Assembly: GCF_009914755.1 (NCBI RefSeq)
Contig: NC_060928.1
Reading direction: 5' to 3' (one strand)
Source of the DNA: the human T2T-CHM13v2.0 reference genome, Homo sapiens
Length of the DNA: 64,000 nt
In this document: positions 16,046 to 28,662 of the stretch, piece by piece
How positions within the stretch are numbered: position 1 is the stretch's first letter
Layout: every line of letters starts with the position of its first letter
Translations under genes and position numbers: made by a program
Notes under the pieces: model-generated
What the model was told of the DNA's origin: nothing
The model's database searches: none
What the model saw: the letters and a program-made list of their open reading frames with translations, nothing else

Positions 16046-16904
16046 TCACAATCATGAAGGAGAGATAAAACATGCACACATAAAATAAAATAAAAGGAGA
16101 AATTCAATACTTGACAGTGAAGTCTGATGCCATCCAGAAGAGTCTTAATTGGAGTCTCTTGAGCTAATATCTTTGCCCCTTGAACCACTTTGATCAAGGC
16201 TTCATGAATAACCTTTCTAGAGCACCTCTGTGACTCTACTCTTTTCCTACTTGAAATCAATGGGTGGCCGTATCAGAAAAAAAATCTAGTCAGCACTTAA
16301 TACAATACGAACTCTCCTTCCACCCTTCCTCCAGATCTTTTCCTAGGGCTAGGTCTCATTAGCCCTAAAATGGAAGTGATCTCCAGCCAAACGGCACAGC
16401 CCACTATTGCCTGACACACTATATTTTAAAAATTTGCCTCTTTTCTCCTGTTTGTGACATGCTATGTGGTATGCCTTCTCTTCATTCTTGTCTATCAAAA
16501 TTCTACCATCATTCATAGCCCAGCTTGAGGGCTGCCTTTGTCATAACGCCTTTCTTGCCCAATCAGGAGTAATCTTCCCATGCCCAGAACAGCTTTGGAA
16601 ATAAGGCTATATTGGTTTGTAGGCACTTAACACATTTGCCCCCTAACTATACTTCCATTTTTTTTTTCTAGTATAGTGTATGTTCATTGAGAACTAGGAA
16701 TATCAACCTCAGATAAATAATAAAATTTGGAAAAATGGCAGTACAGCTTTCTAATAGAAAATCTCAGGAACTAATTTTTAAAATGCTAGTTAAGAAGGAA
16801 TTTAACATTTACTTGGCCTAACTTGTCTCTCAATAAAGAAAGAAACAAAAAGAGCTGAATATTTTATGAGAGAGTAGGTTTCATTTTTAAACAATTATAA
16901 TTGA

Positions 16905-17825
16905 AGAAAATCTTTGATGCATTAGAATAAGCCAAGATTTCTTAGGACAATGAAAGCACAAACCATATAAAAATTTTTTTAGTTGGACTTAATTAAAAGT
17001 AAAAAGTATGGCTCTACAAAAGGCACTACTAAGAAAATGAAAAGTCAAGTCATAGAAAAAATAATTCACAATACGTATATTTGATAAAGGCATTGAATTT
17101 AGAATATAGAAAGAAATCTCATAATTCAACAATAAAAAGGCAAAAAAAAGAGGAAAATATTTGAACAAATACCTCACAAAAAGACATACAAATAGCTAAT
17201 AAGATTAGAAACAGATGCTGAACTTCATTAGCCATCAGGGAAATGCAAATTAAAACCACCACAAGATACTACTACATATCTACTAGACTAGCTAAACTTG
17301 TAAAAACTTGACAGCATCATCTGTATTGAATACACACAGCAAATAGTACTCTCATACACCATTAGTGGGGTGTAAAATAGTAAGCCACTTTGGAAAACAG
17401 GTTAGGCAATTTCTTATAGTTAAATATGTATTTTTAAAAATGGACCCAGTAGCTCACTTCTAGGTATTTGCTCAAGAAAATATGAAAACATATACTCACA
17501 ACAAGATTTATACATGAATGCTTATAGCAAACTTACTCAACCTGGAAACAGCTGAAATGTTCTTAGGTAAATGATAAATTGTGAAATACCACGTAACGAA
17601 GTACTACTCAACAATAAAAAAAATTACTACTATACATGCAACAGGATGAATGAATCTCCAAATTGTACTGAGTGTAAGAAGCCAGACTGAAAGAAATCCA
17701 CAGTGCATGAGTCCATTCCATAGTGGCAGAAATGGTTCCCACGTTGAGGGTGGAAAGGGGATTATCTGCAAAAAGGCTTCAAGAAGCTTTTGGTGTGATG
17801 GGGGTGTGCTGTATCCTGATCATTC
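16905..17825 (+). mobile_element. Old L1M (L1MD/ME-like) ORF2 end and 3'UTR
   Basis: catcagggaaatgcaaattaaaaccac, ccactttggaaaacag and gatgaatctc motifs typical of the L1M 3' region. Confidence 0.85.
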
Positions 17826-18079
17826 AACTCTTATGACTGCACAGTGTAAAAGAGAAAAGATTGTATTTACCTCTACAAAGGGTGAATGTCCCCCTTCCCT
17901 GGAAGGCTACTTATTTTTACAGTAATAGGTTAACTATGGAATATATACTATTATTTCAAACTAATTGAAATATATCAATTGAGTGAACTATCACAATCGC
18001 TTCAAAGTGAATCATACTGAAAATTCACTCATGGCAGCTTTTCTTTAATTGCAACACAGCAGAAAATGAAAGAGAGACA

Positions 18080-18380
18080 TTCCAAAATTCATTTCCCAAA
18101 ATTCTTGGGGCTAGATGTGCTCTGGTATTCAGAATTATTTGGATTTTAGAATAATAATGTGGTGCATATATTATACCCCATCTGTAGCAACCCTTAATTA
18201 ATATATTAATACTTTTGTTGTGAAACACATGAAAATTCATACAAAGTAAGTTAAATTAAGACTATTTATAGCCTCATGTCAGTTCAGAGCATGTTTTTTA
18301 GCCAAATAAGTTCTAATACCACAGTTACCCAAATCTTCAGTTTGGATTTGGGAATTGCAAGTAAGGAAATGTGGACCTGT
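18080..18380. mobile_element. MER46C-like Tigger-derived DNA transposon relic
   Basis: aaattcttggggctagatgtg...ggattttaga and terminal aaggaaatgtggacctgt match the recalled MER46C consensus. Confidence 0.65.
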
Positions 18381-18929
18381 TTTAAATAATCAATTTATCA
18401 TTGATTATTAAAATGGTTCAATAGAGAACATGCTTGCCGTGTTCCAAGGTTATATACATGCTTGTGATGAACTGGAACTGTTGTCAAGTATAGGAATCTT
18501 GGCTCACACTAAATTCATGGCATTATTCTTTGAGCGGGGAAATTTAATCCTAGACGAAGACAGAGTTTTTGGTTTCAGTGGACTTACAATGAGGATAAAG
18601 TAACATTTCTTTGACTTGAATGAAACATCCTTTTACTTTTATTTTCATTTTAAAATGTATACCCATAACACAAAACTATATGAAATGATGGATCTCTTTA
18701 TACAAAATACAGTTTTCCCATTAAAATGAAAAATCAAAAAGTTTAACATGGAACTGAAGACTAAATTTTAGTCTTAAATATTACATTTTTCACTGGAATC
18801 ATTGCTTAGTTCTCATTCAACCGGGCCTGATAACTTCTATGTCCTGGCCGTGCTTATAGGCACAGGTGTGTGTATGGACATCTGCCTCCATGTCCTAAGG
18901 AAACTCTGATAGACATGCTATAAAATGGA

Positions 18930-19150
18930 GGTAATGTGATACAGTACAAAGAGCATGAAGATGGGGGTTAGTCTCAGATTCTAAGTTCTCTCTTAAAAAC
19001 CTATGACTGCAAATAATTCAGCTGTTCTGAGCCTAAGTTTTATCAACTATAATTGAGACCTGTAAATAAAACTTTTTAGAATTGTTTTTAAGATTTCATA
19101 AGATACTGTCAAGCATTCAATACAGAGTAGGCACTTGATAGGTGGTAATT
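18930..19150 (+). mobile_element. MIR SINE
   Basis: aagagcatg...tctgagcctaagtttt...gtaggcacttgata, MIR layout. Confidence 0.6.
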
Positions 19151-19759
19151 ATAGTGAGTTTATTTTAGTATTAATAAACTTTAACAGAGAAATCTATGGT
19201 TAAAAAGAGAAGTATATAATTGTGTTAGAGACTGGCTTAAACTTCATCTTGTGAAAATGTTATTCACTTCTACCTATAAAACTATTACAAATTTCCAGCA
19301 CAGGAATTTGGCAAGAGATATGTTTCATAGTGTTTGATGAAACCACACATGACCGACTGACTTACAACATCCCTTATAAAACCCATGGTCAGGAATCACA
19401 ATCCAACTAGTGTAAAGAAAGCTCAGAATTATAGAAGAAAAAAATTACAGGAGAAAAAAATTCATTCAAAAGGAAAGATGTAAACTGTAACCAGTGATGC
19501 TCAAAAATTGAAGGTCTGATTCAATTTTGACATAGCGAATGAAATTGGACTCATTTTATGAAAGCTTGGCTATATTATCTGATGAGGCAAATGAGGGAAG
19601 AAGGTGTTTTATTGCAAAACATTAACTGTAAACAATCAACTAGAATCCATTAAGCTGTTTATTCTTGAAATCATTCTTTCAGACTGATTACTTAAGTATC
19701 AAATGCAATAAAGCAATCAGCTTATTCTTCTTTTATTTATTTGTTTTTTTACTACTTAG

Positions 19760-19866
19760 TTCTTATGGGAAATTCTATCCAGGTCATCATAACACAATTG
19801 AAAACAACTGATAATGAAAAGAATGCTAATTGGTTTCCTCTCTCTCTTATCACTGATCCGTACACA
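19760..19866 (+). other. Candidate internal exon (107 nt)
   Basis: Long T-rich tract ending actacttag| and donor ACA|gtaagt; open frame LMGNSIQVIITQLKTTDNEKNANWFPLSLITDPYT; protein not recognised. Confidence 0.4.
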
Positions 19867-20483
19867 GTAAGTAATGCTTCCACATTCTTCCTCCTGTTTG
19901 TATCCAACTTTTCTATATATCTAGACTTTAACATTTTTTGGAAGAAATCATGAACTAACAAAGCAATGCACGGCATTGATAAGCTATGTTAAATAGTAGA
20001 CAGTGCAATGGAATAGAAATAGTGTGTTTAAAGTCATTAGACCAAATATTTATTGGGCAAGCACTAACACAAGTGCCAAGGTTAAAAAAATGATACCCAG
20101 GCTTTGGCTTTGGGAACCCAGAGTCTAGTAGGGGAGATATATAAATACACAAATACAGCACAGAACAATACATGTAATAACAGACTGTAGCCAAAGTAAT
20201 AAACATTTAGACAAATAATAAACAGGCTGGCCCACAGAGACAGGGTCATTACGCTACTCAAAGCCTTGTGTTCTGCTCTGCAACTTCTGTGACTAAATCA
20301 AATCATCTTAAGTTGGGTCAGCCAAAAGCTGTCTGCCATTCCAGTCCTTCAGTACCACCTCCTTCAAAGAGACTACTGGTAGGATTAAATTCCTGAGTTC
20401 TCAGGCCTGTAATTCCTGTTTAATCCAGCCAATATCCAAAGTCTCAGTGACATCCTTTTTAAAAAAATAGTATTAATACAATC

Positions 20484-20581
20484 TATGTGCCACATTTTCT
20501 TTATCCAGCCTATCATTGATGGGCATTTGGTTTGGTTCCAAGTCTTTGCTATTGTAAATAGTGCTGCAATAAACGTACATG
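20484..20581 (-). mobile_element. L1PA ORF2 3' internal fragment, truncated at both ends
   Basis: TATGTGCCACATTTTCTTTATCCAG...GCTGCAATAAAC closely matches antisense L1PA; no tail and no TSD. Confidence 0.9.
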
Positions 20582-20706
20582 ACCATGGCCATAATCATGA
20601 CCATAACCATGATTGACTATAACCATAACCATAACCGTGTTCATAACCAATACGATAACCATGACCATAACTTTAACCATGACCATAACCATAACCATAA
20701 CCATAA
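20582..20706. repeat. Imperfect (ACCATA/ACCATG)n hexamer array
   Basis: About 125 nt such as accatgaccataaccataaccataaccataa; it explains the low-complexity ORFs at 20549-20939. Confidence 0.9.
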
Positions 20707-20959
20707 TGCTTCTTATCTTTACTGCCCTCCTCTTCAGCTTGGATTCCACGGTCCCTTTTTTCAATTACTCTTTTCTTCCCTCTGAACTCCAATTTCCTCT
20801 GCCTTTTCATTGCCTTTATTTAGCAAAACTAAATCCTAAAGGAATGCATTTTAGAATGACACTTAAGGAAATAATAGTAGGACAAAGTAACACTATAAAT
20901 TTATCATTATCGTCTAGGTCATTAGCAGTGCCTGCATAGCCCAGTATATTTCTCACTCA

Positions 20960-21620
20960 CTAGCCTCAATTATTCACACTTTTCTTAACTTTTTCTCACT
21001 CTCAATTTACACCATGCCAGACCCATCATTTTTCAGACCCAGATGAATTCACTTTCTAAAGAGAAAAATAGAAGGTATCATATGGATATACTCTTAATTC
21101 CCTTAATTGGATAGCATTTGCACTCATCCTGTTATTCTCTTGTTTAAAGAGGAGAAACGTTGTCCCCTCTCCCTTTTAAGATCAGTCCTTTCACAACTGC
21201 CCTAAATTCAATTCCCTCCCACCCTCCCAGGGAGCATGCAAAGTCCATTGTCTCTTTTCTCTCCTGTGTAATTAATCCCCTTCTTTCTCAAATGGCTCCT
21301 TTCTGTGAACATTTAAAAACTTCTTTTCATTTTTAAAACAAAACAATAAAAATACAACTTTCCTTGAACCCAATTTTACCCCTATCATCTTCTGTTTCTT
21401 GACTGTGACAGTCAAATTTCTTGAGTATCCAAAGTGCATCTGTCCTCTTTTTAACCCCGCATTCTCTCCTCATCAGACTCGAGTCTGCCTTATGAACTTA
21501 AGTACTATGTACTTACATGCTCCACTGACAAATCTCTTACTACCATCAACAATGACCTCCCTGCCACTCAATCCAAAAAGCAGTTTTCTATTCCTTGGCC
21601 TGGTTTTCTCTGAGTAGTGC
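20960..21620 (+). mobile_element. L2 fragment
   Basis: Pyrimidine-rich degenerate L2 ORF2-like sequence (gagaaaaatagaag..., catcaacaatgacctcc...aatccaa). Confidence 0.55.
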
Positions 21621-21649
21621 TGATCCCTTTGGGTTAGAAGTTAATATAA

Positions 21650-21895
21650 AGTAGTAGTTAAAACTGGACTCTGGAGTCAGACGGCCTGGGATGGCTTGCT
21701 GGATCTGCCCAGTACTAGCTAGGATCTCAAGCAATTAATTAAAATTTCTTTGTTCCTCTGTTTTCTTCCACGTAAAAGAGAAATACCTGCAATAATAGTA
21801 CCTTTTCCTAGGACTGGCATAAGAATACAATAAATATTTGTGAAGTTCTTTGAACATAGCCTGATACCTACTACATTCTCAATAATGTCACTTTA
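21650..21895 (+). mobile_element. MIR SINE
   Basis: ggactctggagtcagacggcctggg head and gaacatagcctgatacct tail. Confidence 0.8.
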
Positions 21896-21969
21896 ATTTT
21901 ATTGACACACTCCCTCCTTCTTGAATAACTCTATTCTTAGTTTCCCAAACTTCACACTCTGTTCATTTT

Positions 21970-22630
21970 GGTAGAATGACTATTTATGACTGCACTGGAG
22001 AACATACAAAAGGAAAATGATATGCTCAGGGGTTTAATAATGTCAACTGAAATAGAAAGCCTCTCCGTGATCCTAAAAAATCTCTTGCTTTTGTACATAC
22101 GAATTTATTTTTGTTTGTATGCACCAGGGTAGATATGGCTAAAAATTAAACTCAACATTTAAGTATCTGGGTTAGTATAGAATTACCGTGTAAGAGGTAT
22201 TCACAGACTTTCCAAGTTTCCTAAGTGGAAAATTAGGGCATTGATTATGAAGAGATAGAAATACTTAGGTACACATGCATAAAAGTGAAAATTGTGAATC
22301 TACTTTAAGCATTCTTTCAATGGGCTGCTTATTTTCTTTAAGGCCTATTCCTATCGCCCTTATTGTGTCTAGACCTATAGCTAGAGAAATCTGAGTCCAT
22401 TTCAAGAGAGACAAGTGAATAATCCAAGCTAGGAAGAAACAGGTTATACTCCAAAGATAGCAATATTATTCTAAATTATATTGGCATAAACCTAGGGGAG
22501 CTACATGGGAATCAATTAGTAGGGTGTTAAACCAAGGAGCATAAAACACAACATTGGATCAGGCCAAATTAATCAACGCAGGTGCACTTGTTCCAGATTT
22601 AATATGGTAGGTTGGACAGATAAGAGTGTT
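21970..22630 (+). mobile_element. MaLR/ERVL gag-like internal fragment without LTRs
   Basis: catgggaatcaattagtagggtgttaaaccaaggag...ttggatcaggccaaatt resembles ERVL/MaLR gag WEWILRVLDQGGRNIKLDQAEFI. Confidence 0.65.
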
Positions 22631-23606
22631 CTCTTTGTGACTTCTTTCTTTCTACATGTCTTAAGGTCCAGCCCTGCTTCCTGTTAGCACCCTAGACAAT
22701 ATTACCAATACTTGGTTTTATATACTATTTATTTTCCAATAACCTCAAATATATATATCTCACTGCCATTTTTTTTCTCTGAGTCCTAGACCTTTCGATT
22801 TCAAAGAATCTTCTCAAAATCTCCATTTGGATATTTGAGAGAGAGAAATTTTAAAATCCATATATCCAAAAATAAACTCATCATTCCTCTCCTAAAGATG
22901 GACACCCTAGAGTGCTCCTCTCCTACAAATGGCTAGACTATCCACCCATTCACATAAGTGAGAAAACTGGGATTGACTCTCATCACTTCCTTCATCTTCA
23001 CTGCCAATAACCAATCACCAAGTCTTGCTGTTTTACCCACTAACAGCTTTCTAAGTCATTCACTGTTCTTATTTTCACATTTCCTCATTCCTCAAAGATT
23101 TCAGCACCTGAAACACTATCACTCTTTTCAACATGTGATATCTGTGTAGATTATCTGTCGATATCTTGGACTCTAAATTCCTTGGCAGTCTGTCTCCCAG
23201 TGATCTTTCTTGTACCCTATCCCAGACGCTAACATTCAGGGTCATGCTGTCATCTTTGTCAATGGCAGCCCTGAAGTTCCTCCAAATTTTCAGTTTCAAG
23301 CATCACATTCTCCAGCTGACACCTCCTCTTTGCCTGCCAATGCTTACTAGAATGGAACTCTAACAATTATTTCACCAATCTGGTGCCCCAGCACATCAAT
23401 CCTAATAACTCTTTTCTCTCCTCATGTCCTCTCCTTTCTCCTTACCCAGCTTAAATTCATGGCAGTCCTTCTAATTATTCTTTGAAACTGCTCTGAACCC
23501 CTTTGCTTTCTCTCACTTTTGTGGTACTTTTGGCAAAGCAACAACCTTTTTAAATTATTTGCCTAGTCTCTGCTTGCATCAACACAGATTATCTCTCCTT
23601 TTCACA

Positions 23607-24035
23607 GAGATTGGCTAAAACAGTTCACCAAACGTATTTTCCTTTCCTTTTTGGTACAAGGCTAAATGATGTTTCCTGGGTTCTGTTCACCTAAGGTGCA
23701 GCCATGACATTGAATTTTAGCCAAGACAATGTGAGTAGAAATGATGCATACTACTTCTAGGACTGGCATAAATAAAATTTATGGAAATCTTGCATTTTCT
23801 CCCATCCTCAATTTTCCAACGGGGTATCAATTCCCAGGACAAACTTGAAAAACATGTGTTGAGTTTCTACTGGCCAAGATCACTGAAAGACTCAGTTGTA
23901 TAATCTAGGAGTTCATCCTCATTATGTCCCATTACCTATTAGGCTTTATGTTACTAGAATAGAAATTTCTGTTGTATTAGGTTACAAGATTTCAGGATTT
24001 ATCTGTCACAGCAGCTAGCATTACCTTAACAAAAC
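23607..24035 (+). mobile_element. MLT1J-like LTR
   Basis: gccatgacattgaattttagccaa...aatgtgagtagaaatgatg and 3' gtcacagcagctagc. Confidence 0.65.
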
Positions 24036-24392
24036 CACTGTAGAGCTATGCAAACTCAGCTGCTAATTGGTCTAACTTTTAAATTCATAATCACTGATCT
24101 TAATTGTTTCCCAGCATGAACACTAGAGTCTTCTAATCAGTCTCCTACTCTCCTAGATAACAGTTCATACTTTTTTATTCTTTCCTTGAAACTCACACCT
24201 GAATGTCTACAAATCCCATCATTAATACCTTCAAAATATATACAGAATGTAACCACTTCTTTATCCCCATCTATTTTGATTGAAATAGCCTCCTAGCTGG
24301 TCGATCCCTCAGTCAATTCCGACACAACAGCCAGGGTGATGCTATCAGAATGCAAGACAAATCTTTTGAGATCTCAAAACCCTCCATGACTT

Positions 24393-27300
24393 CGTATCAG
24401 TTAGAGTCTAGCCAGGAAAATAGGAGCCACACTGGATATCTCAGTCTAAGAGGTGTTTTCCACAGATGTTGGGTGCCTGAAAGAGAAAAAGGGTAACACA
24501 GAGATTTAAAAACTCAGGCAACAGCTGATACTGCTGGTTGTTGAAACAAAAGGGAAGGGGTGGGGTTACCAGAATCTAGGAGCTTAGAAGAGGGGCTCTG
24601 CAGAGCTGGTTCTATACTTCTAGGAAAATAGCCACTGCCCTAGAGCTGCTGATTCCTCCGAGAGTGTGCCACAGCGCTGTGCTGGAAATGCCACAACTCA
24701 TGGGAGGCTGGATCTAGCAATGCCGTCAAAGACAGGAAAAACAGGAAGGAAGTTCCTTCTGCTCTTCTCTCTATGCATCCTGCAGATGGAACCTAAAAGG
24801 AAGCCTGCTGGCAAGGGTAACTGGAAAATGTAATTTTCAGAGTCCTCCCAGCATCACAGAGTCACCTTCTTTGGTTTCTCAGCACTCCTAATCGCTCCTC
24901 TCCATGTATTTTAACTTCCATGCAACAACAGTTAACAACTTCATGCTTCCACCTAGCAGGATGCAACTCTCTTTTACATAAATGAAGTCATTCGTACTTT
25001 CTTCCACATATAAGAGACTCAAAGTCCTAACATTTACTATGCCCCATCTGGGAGTGGTGATAAATCCTCTTATTCAGTTGCAATCACATCAACAATCCTT
25101 ACATGAAGTAATAAGGGATGAAATAAAGGATGAAAAAAATCCGTGATTCCTATGGCTTCACTTAGACTCACTGGTGAGTCCATGGTCAGCTGCTGGGCTG
25201 ACTGTGCTGGTCTTTGGACCCTCTCACGTGCCTGGGGCCTTGGCTATAACAGCTTGTCTCTATTCCACATGGTTTTTCCTTCTCCAGATGGTGGGCACAG
25301 GCTTTTCTCCATGGAAGTTGCAGGGTTCCAAGAGAGAGAGGAGGAGGATACAAAGTCTCTTGAGAAGCAAGCTTAGAACGCACACAATGTCACTTATATT
25401 CTACTGGCTAAAGCAAATCACAAAGGCATCCAAATTCAAGACATTGAAAAATAGATTACACCTCTTGAAGGGAGGTACTGCAAAGATTGCTATTTTGCAA
25501 TATGCTATATGTATACATAATCAAGAAAGAAGACATACATAGCTTTCCTTTTTCCATTACATTTTACCCTTCAATTGACCACTGTGACATGGATTTTTAC
25601 TTGATTCCATAGGTACCCACTTTTTGAGCAGTGATCCAAAATGATTTTTGAGTCCCTAGAAGCATTGATTTGGTCTAGTGTACGGTCACCTATCAAATGC
25701 AGGCAGGCATGTCTCAGGAAGATCTAGAAAACTTTTACAGTATTCAGTTGTGGCAGTGTTGAAGAGTACTTTCTCAAAAGGACCCAGTCTTCCTTTTGAT
25801 CAAAGAACTCCAAGTCTGTGAACGCCTTTAGGTTCAGGAAGTAGATGAGAAATTGTGAATACTCAAGTCCGATTTCTGCCCATCAAACATAGAGTTCTCT
25901 TATTATGCTGATTAAGTAACACTTTAGAAATCTGCTTATCTATTTTCCTCCTAAGTCATTTCATTTCTAAGGAATTAAGTGAGCATAGACAAAGGTCTCT
26001 GCAGGTCAATTCTGATTTCTAATTCTTCCTCACTATCTTCACAGAAATTACATAACTCTTACTTATTGAAGTGAGTATTACTTCTTGACTTCACTACTCT
26101 GCGATCCCATGATATACACTGAAATTAGGGATCCTTTTTCAATAATAGCATCTGCCCTTGCCATCTTTACCCTTCAGAGGATGACTGCCATTGAGCTTTA
26201 CAAAGATACTGGCACACGCTCTAGAAAAAGGGATGTCTTCTGGGCCCTCTAAACAAATAGAGAGGGGTGGTGGGTGTGCAAGTTTCACGAGTAAAGTCCA
26301 CTCTAACATTCCTACATCCCTAAGCCATTTTTGACACCAGGCCAGGAAAATTCTCATCCAACCTTCCTGCAAGAAGGCCACCATTGAATCCAATAAATTA
26401 AACAATTGTTAGAACAATTTTAGTCTGCTCAACCTATCATATTAAATCTGAAAGAAGTATACCTGAGAAATTTTATGTGCTACAATGTCACATTCCATTC
26501 TTTTTGGTCTAACATGATATTATTATACATATGCTATAATCACATATATCCCCTAGGTTCATGTCAATATGATTTAGAAAAATACAGCAATTCTTTTGGA
26601 GTATAACTTATTTCTTCTTACACTGGATTTTTCACTTGGCCCTGTTACTTAGATTGCTTTAGCGGTATAGGCCTAGACACAGTAGAGGTGGTAAGTCTTG
26701 AGGAGAATAAGCATCTCGTTGAAAGGAATGCTCAGAGTGGATTCAAGGTTTTCAACTTTATGTTCCATCAGATATCCCTATTTCTTTCCAATCAGTCTTA
26801 ATTTTCACTTAGGACACTTGCAAAGTCTGTGAATGCCCCTTTCATTGTAATTCCATAACTGACCTAAATAGTTAAATGTTGAATTTGGTTTTCACACATA
26901 TTTGCCCTGCTATATACAAACTAAAATAAATACATTTGTACAAAATAAAAGATTCTTCTAGGATCACAAGAGAAGCTTTGAGATTATTAAATTCTTGAGT
27001 CATTTTCCTTTTGTATAGTCTCCAGCACTGTCAGAAATAGCCATTCTACCCAAAAGTCATCACAGTCATTATTACCACCATATCTATCACCTGCAGCAGT
27101 CATTTTATCCCCCAAGATACTCATTTACATAAGCATTTTATCCCAAGCAATCCCAGGTAATAATTTAATTAAATATTGCATGCCATGTCAGCATCCTCAT
27201 TTTCTACTGATCAAGAACTTAACATTAAGTTCAAGGTCAAGGACGTATCTTAAACATTTCCATAATCCCATCTTTGAGGGTTTTCTGGCATCATTCCCAG

Positions 27301-27811
27301 TACCTGACACTGTAACCATCAGGAAAATAGAAACCACCTTAAGGATTTGGAACAAAGGGCATTTAAGCAGAGAATTAGTAACATAGGTGTTTGAGAGCTA
27401 AAGAACAAAAATGGAACATTTCAGTAACCTGGATATTAAAAACTAAAGAGGCTGGCATCTCTACATCTTTAGGACCAAGGACAGAACCCAGAGGGCTAAC
27501 AAAGAAGCACCATGGAGTTGGTACACAGACCTCTGAGAACGGATCCTAAATGGCTATCGCTGCTACCTGGCATCTCACCAGAGAACTGGTTCTGGAAGCT
27601 CTCAAGGAAGGTTGAAGCTTTTAACTGCTACTTACCAATACAGGAAAAACAGAAATGTGTAAGTCCCTTCTCTCTTTTCCTTGCCTTCTATCGGCAAAAC
27701 TTAACGGGAAATCATTTGACTAATGGGAAAATGTAGTTTACAGAGTCATCATAAAGAAGAGTACTGAAGGGTGCTTTGGAACCAAGAGCTAATAGGTCAG
27801 TAGCTGGCACA
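24393..27811 (-). mobile_element. Internally deleted two-LTR ERVL-class provirus (LTR41/LTR50-like LTRs at ~24393-24860 and ~27305-27811)
   Basis: Both ends share caggaaaa, aagt(t/c)ccttct and ggaaaatgta...cagagtc blocks; ORF 26139-26405 contains WLRDVGMLEW and EGPEDIPFS (ERVL gag); 5-bp TSD GACTT/GACTC. Confidence 0.8.
25140..25500 (-). mobile_element. MLT1H-like LTR fragment nested in the provirus
   Basis: ttctactggctaaagcaaatcacaaagg...aaatagattacacctcttga is antisense old MLT1 sequence. Confidence 0.65.
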
Positions 27812-28087
27812 GACTCGCCATCTCACCCAGAATAAAAGCTAAAATCCTGTAGTGATCTATAGTTACTACATAACCCAGTCCCTTGTCACTCTCAATTTCA
27901 TCTCACTCCTCCTGCTCCTGCCATAGAGACGCCTTGATCCTTCTTGAACACACTAGGCATGTTCTCATCTCACACCCTTCACACTCAGTGTTCATTCTGC
28001 CTGAAACGCTCTTCCCTGAGATCTTCATGGCTCACTCCCTCATTTCCTTCCATTCAATCATTACTCTCTCAGCGAGGCCCTCCTTAG

Positions 28088-28662
<575 letters not shown>

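Noticed and set aside
20582-20706. CRISPR array or true interstitial telomere
   Set aside because: No repeat-spacer structure, no cas genes, eukaryotic context and no canonical TTAGGG/CCCTAA units.
20549-20939. Low-complexity ORFs rich in VM, HN or TI
   Set aside because: They are translations of the hexamer array, not proteins.
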